Shown piece after piece: positions 62,918 through 63,943 of a stretch of 63,943 bases of DNA. The stretch is from Eledone cirrhosa (lineage: Eukaryota). The notes beneath the pieces were generated by a model. That model did not search any database. It had not been told where the DNA came from and saw only the letters and a list, made by a program, of their open reading frames with translations. The position numbers and the translations under genes were made by a program. Where the stretch lies: contig OZ024759.1 of the NCBI GenBank assembly GCA_964016885.1, positions 21,638,058 through 21,702,000 of the forward strand, in the 5' to 3' direction. The number at the start of each line of letters is the position of its first letter. The stretch's first letter is position 1.

Positions 62918-63170
62918 ATTCAGGTTTGAGGTTCACCACTGTATAGAGCTGGTCTATTCCGTATGGTCAATCGTAATGCAATAATATAGAGAGTACTCAA
63001 CGTAAAGCAGTTCAACCGTCTCTGTTTTTGTAGTTGGTGGTGCTATTACGGAGTTAAATATTATAATGAAATGACAGGAGGCTGGATTTGTGTAAATCCT
63101 TGAAATATCCTTGTATAATAAACCTTTCAAGGATTTACACAAATCCAGCCTCCTGTCATTTCATTATAAT
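62918..63170. mobile_element. (TA)n-embedded short element ending in a perfect 46-bp foldback
   Basis: Arms 63060-63105 and 63125-63170 with a 19-nt spacer. The left part has GAGGT(TC/A)ACCAC.GTA and GTACTCAA motifs like 263-310. Confidence 0.75.
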
Positions 63171-63516
63171 TATATATATATATATATGTAGATAAATCTA
63201 CCAAAAGTTTACGGTAGTGTCCAATCCGTATGAAGAACTCAATGTAATCCGGATATCATGAAAAGAGAAGATGCATTCAAAAACTACTTTCGGTGAAAAA
63301 TAAACGGAATACAGAGTCAAGATAAATTAATAAAATAATGAATAAACAAAGAAACAGTTCCTTATATTAAAAAAATTCATCATTTTACGATCGTTTCTAG
63401 GATATATATGTGTTAGAGTTGGTATGCATATTCTATAGATCTATGTACAATATTTATACAAACTATCACAGGGAATATACATACCTACACATATATATGC
63501 TGTCTTCAGAAATAAT

Positions 63517-63691
63517 TGTTTCTACTTTAGGCACAAGGCCAGCAATTACCCAGTGCATTACTGGTACTTTATTTTATCGACCCCGTAAAGATGAAAGGCA
63601 AAGTCAACCTCGGCGGGATTTGAACTCAAATCGTAAAGGGACGTAACTATGCTGGAAAGCATGGCTTCCGACCCTCTACCGATACTGCCAA
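63517..63691 (-). mobile_element. Meta-domain SINE, young, with TSD
   Basis: 11-bp TSD TCAGAAATAAT at 63506-63516 and 63692-63702. Confidence 0.92.
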
Positions 63692-63744
63692 TCAGAAATA
63701 ATGATATTTGTTTATTGAAAAAAAAACGAAGATTCATTATATAT

Positions 63745-63850
63745 ATAATATATAAGATCAAAAGATGGTTAGAAGAGTTCCATGTATTTTATTATGGGCA
63801 TTTCAATATACATGGAACTCTTCTAACCATCTTTTGATCTTATATATTAT
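63745..63850. repeat. Perfect 43-bp inverted repeat
   Basis: Arms 63745-63787 and 63808-63850 with a 20-nt spacer. Confidence 0.9.
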
Positions 63851-63943
63851 TTATACTCCAGTCCTACAAACTGTAGAGTGCTACTTATCCGATATCTGCA
63901 TTGCTTTATTGTACTACACACATATATATATATATATGTAGGA

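Overview
Repeat-saturated, AT-rich eukaryotic genomic DNA, most likely intronic or intergenic sequence from an octopod cephalopod (inferred from the SINE families and the kilobase-scale (TA)n arrays). Almost all ORFs in the supplied track are microsatellite artefacts. The only long intact ORF is a young, 5'-truncated CR1/L2-group LINE ORF2 (APE endonuclease + RT, ~52253-55114). Other contents: RTE LINE fragments (one with a twin-priming-type inversion), four copies of an RTE-derived non-autonomous element, about 20 Meta-domain tRNA-SINE copies (four with clear TSDs), other SINEs, Tc1/mariner and hAT MITEs, a Helitron 3' end, and Penelope GIY-YIG and CRE/R4-type remnants. The most notable signal is a set of sequence-unrelated short non-coding elements in (TA)n tracts that carry type I hammerhead ribozyme motifs with palindromic stem III loops. 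Three look essentially complete (850-931, 20118-20172, 46647-46689), one forms a back-to-back pair (323-454), and several are partial. Short elements of this kind often end in 40-60 bp foldbacks. One family shows a ~519-nt circularly permuted unit, as expected for a retrozyme or Penelope pLTR. There is also a candidate minus-strand host exon and a candidate 6-nt microexon or recursive splice site. All structures were read by eye, and boundaries of degenerate repeats are approximate.
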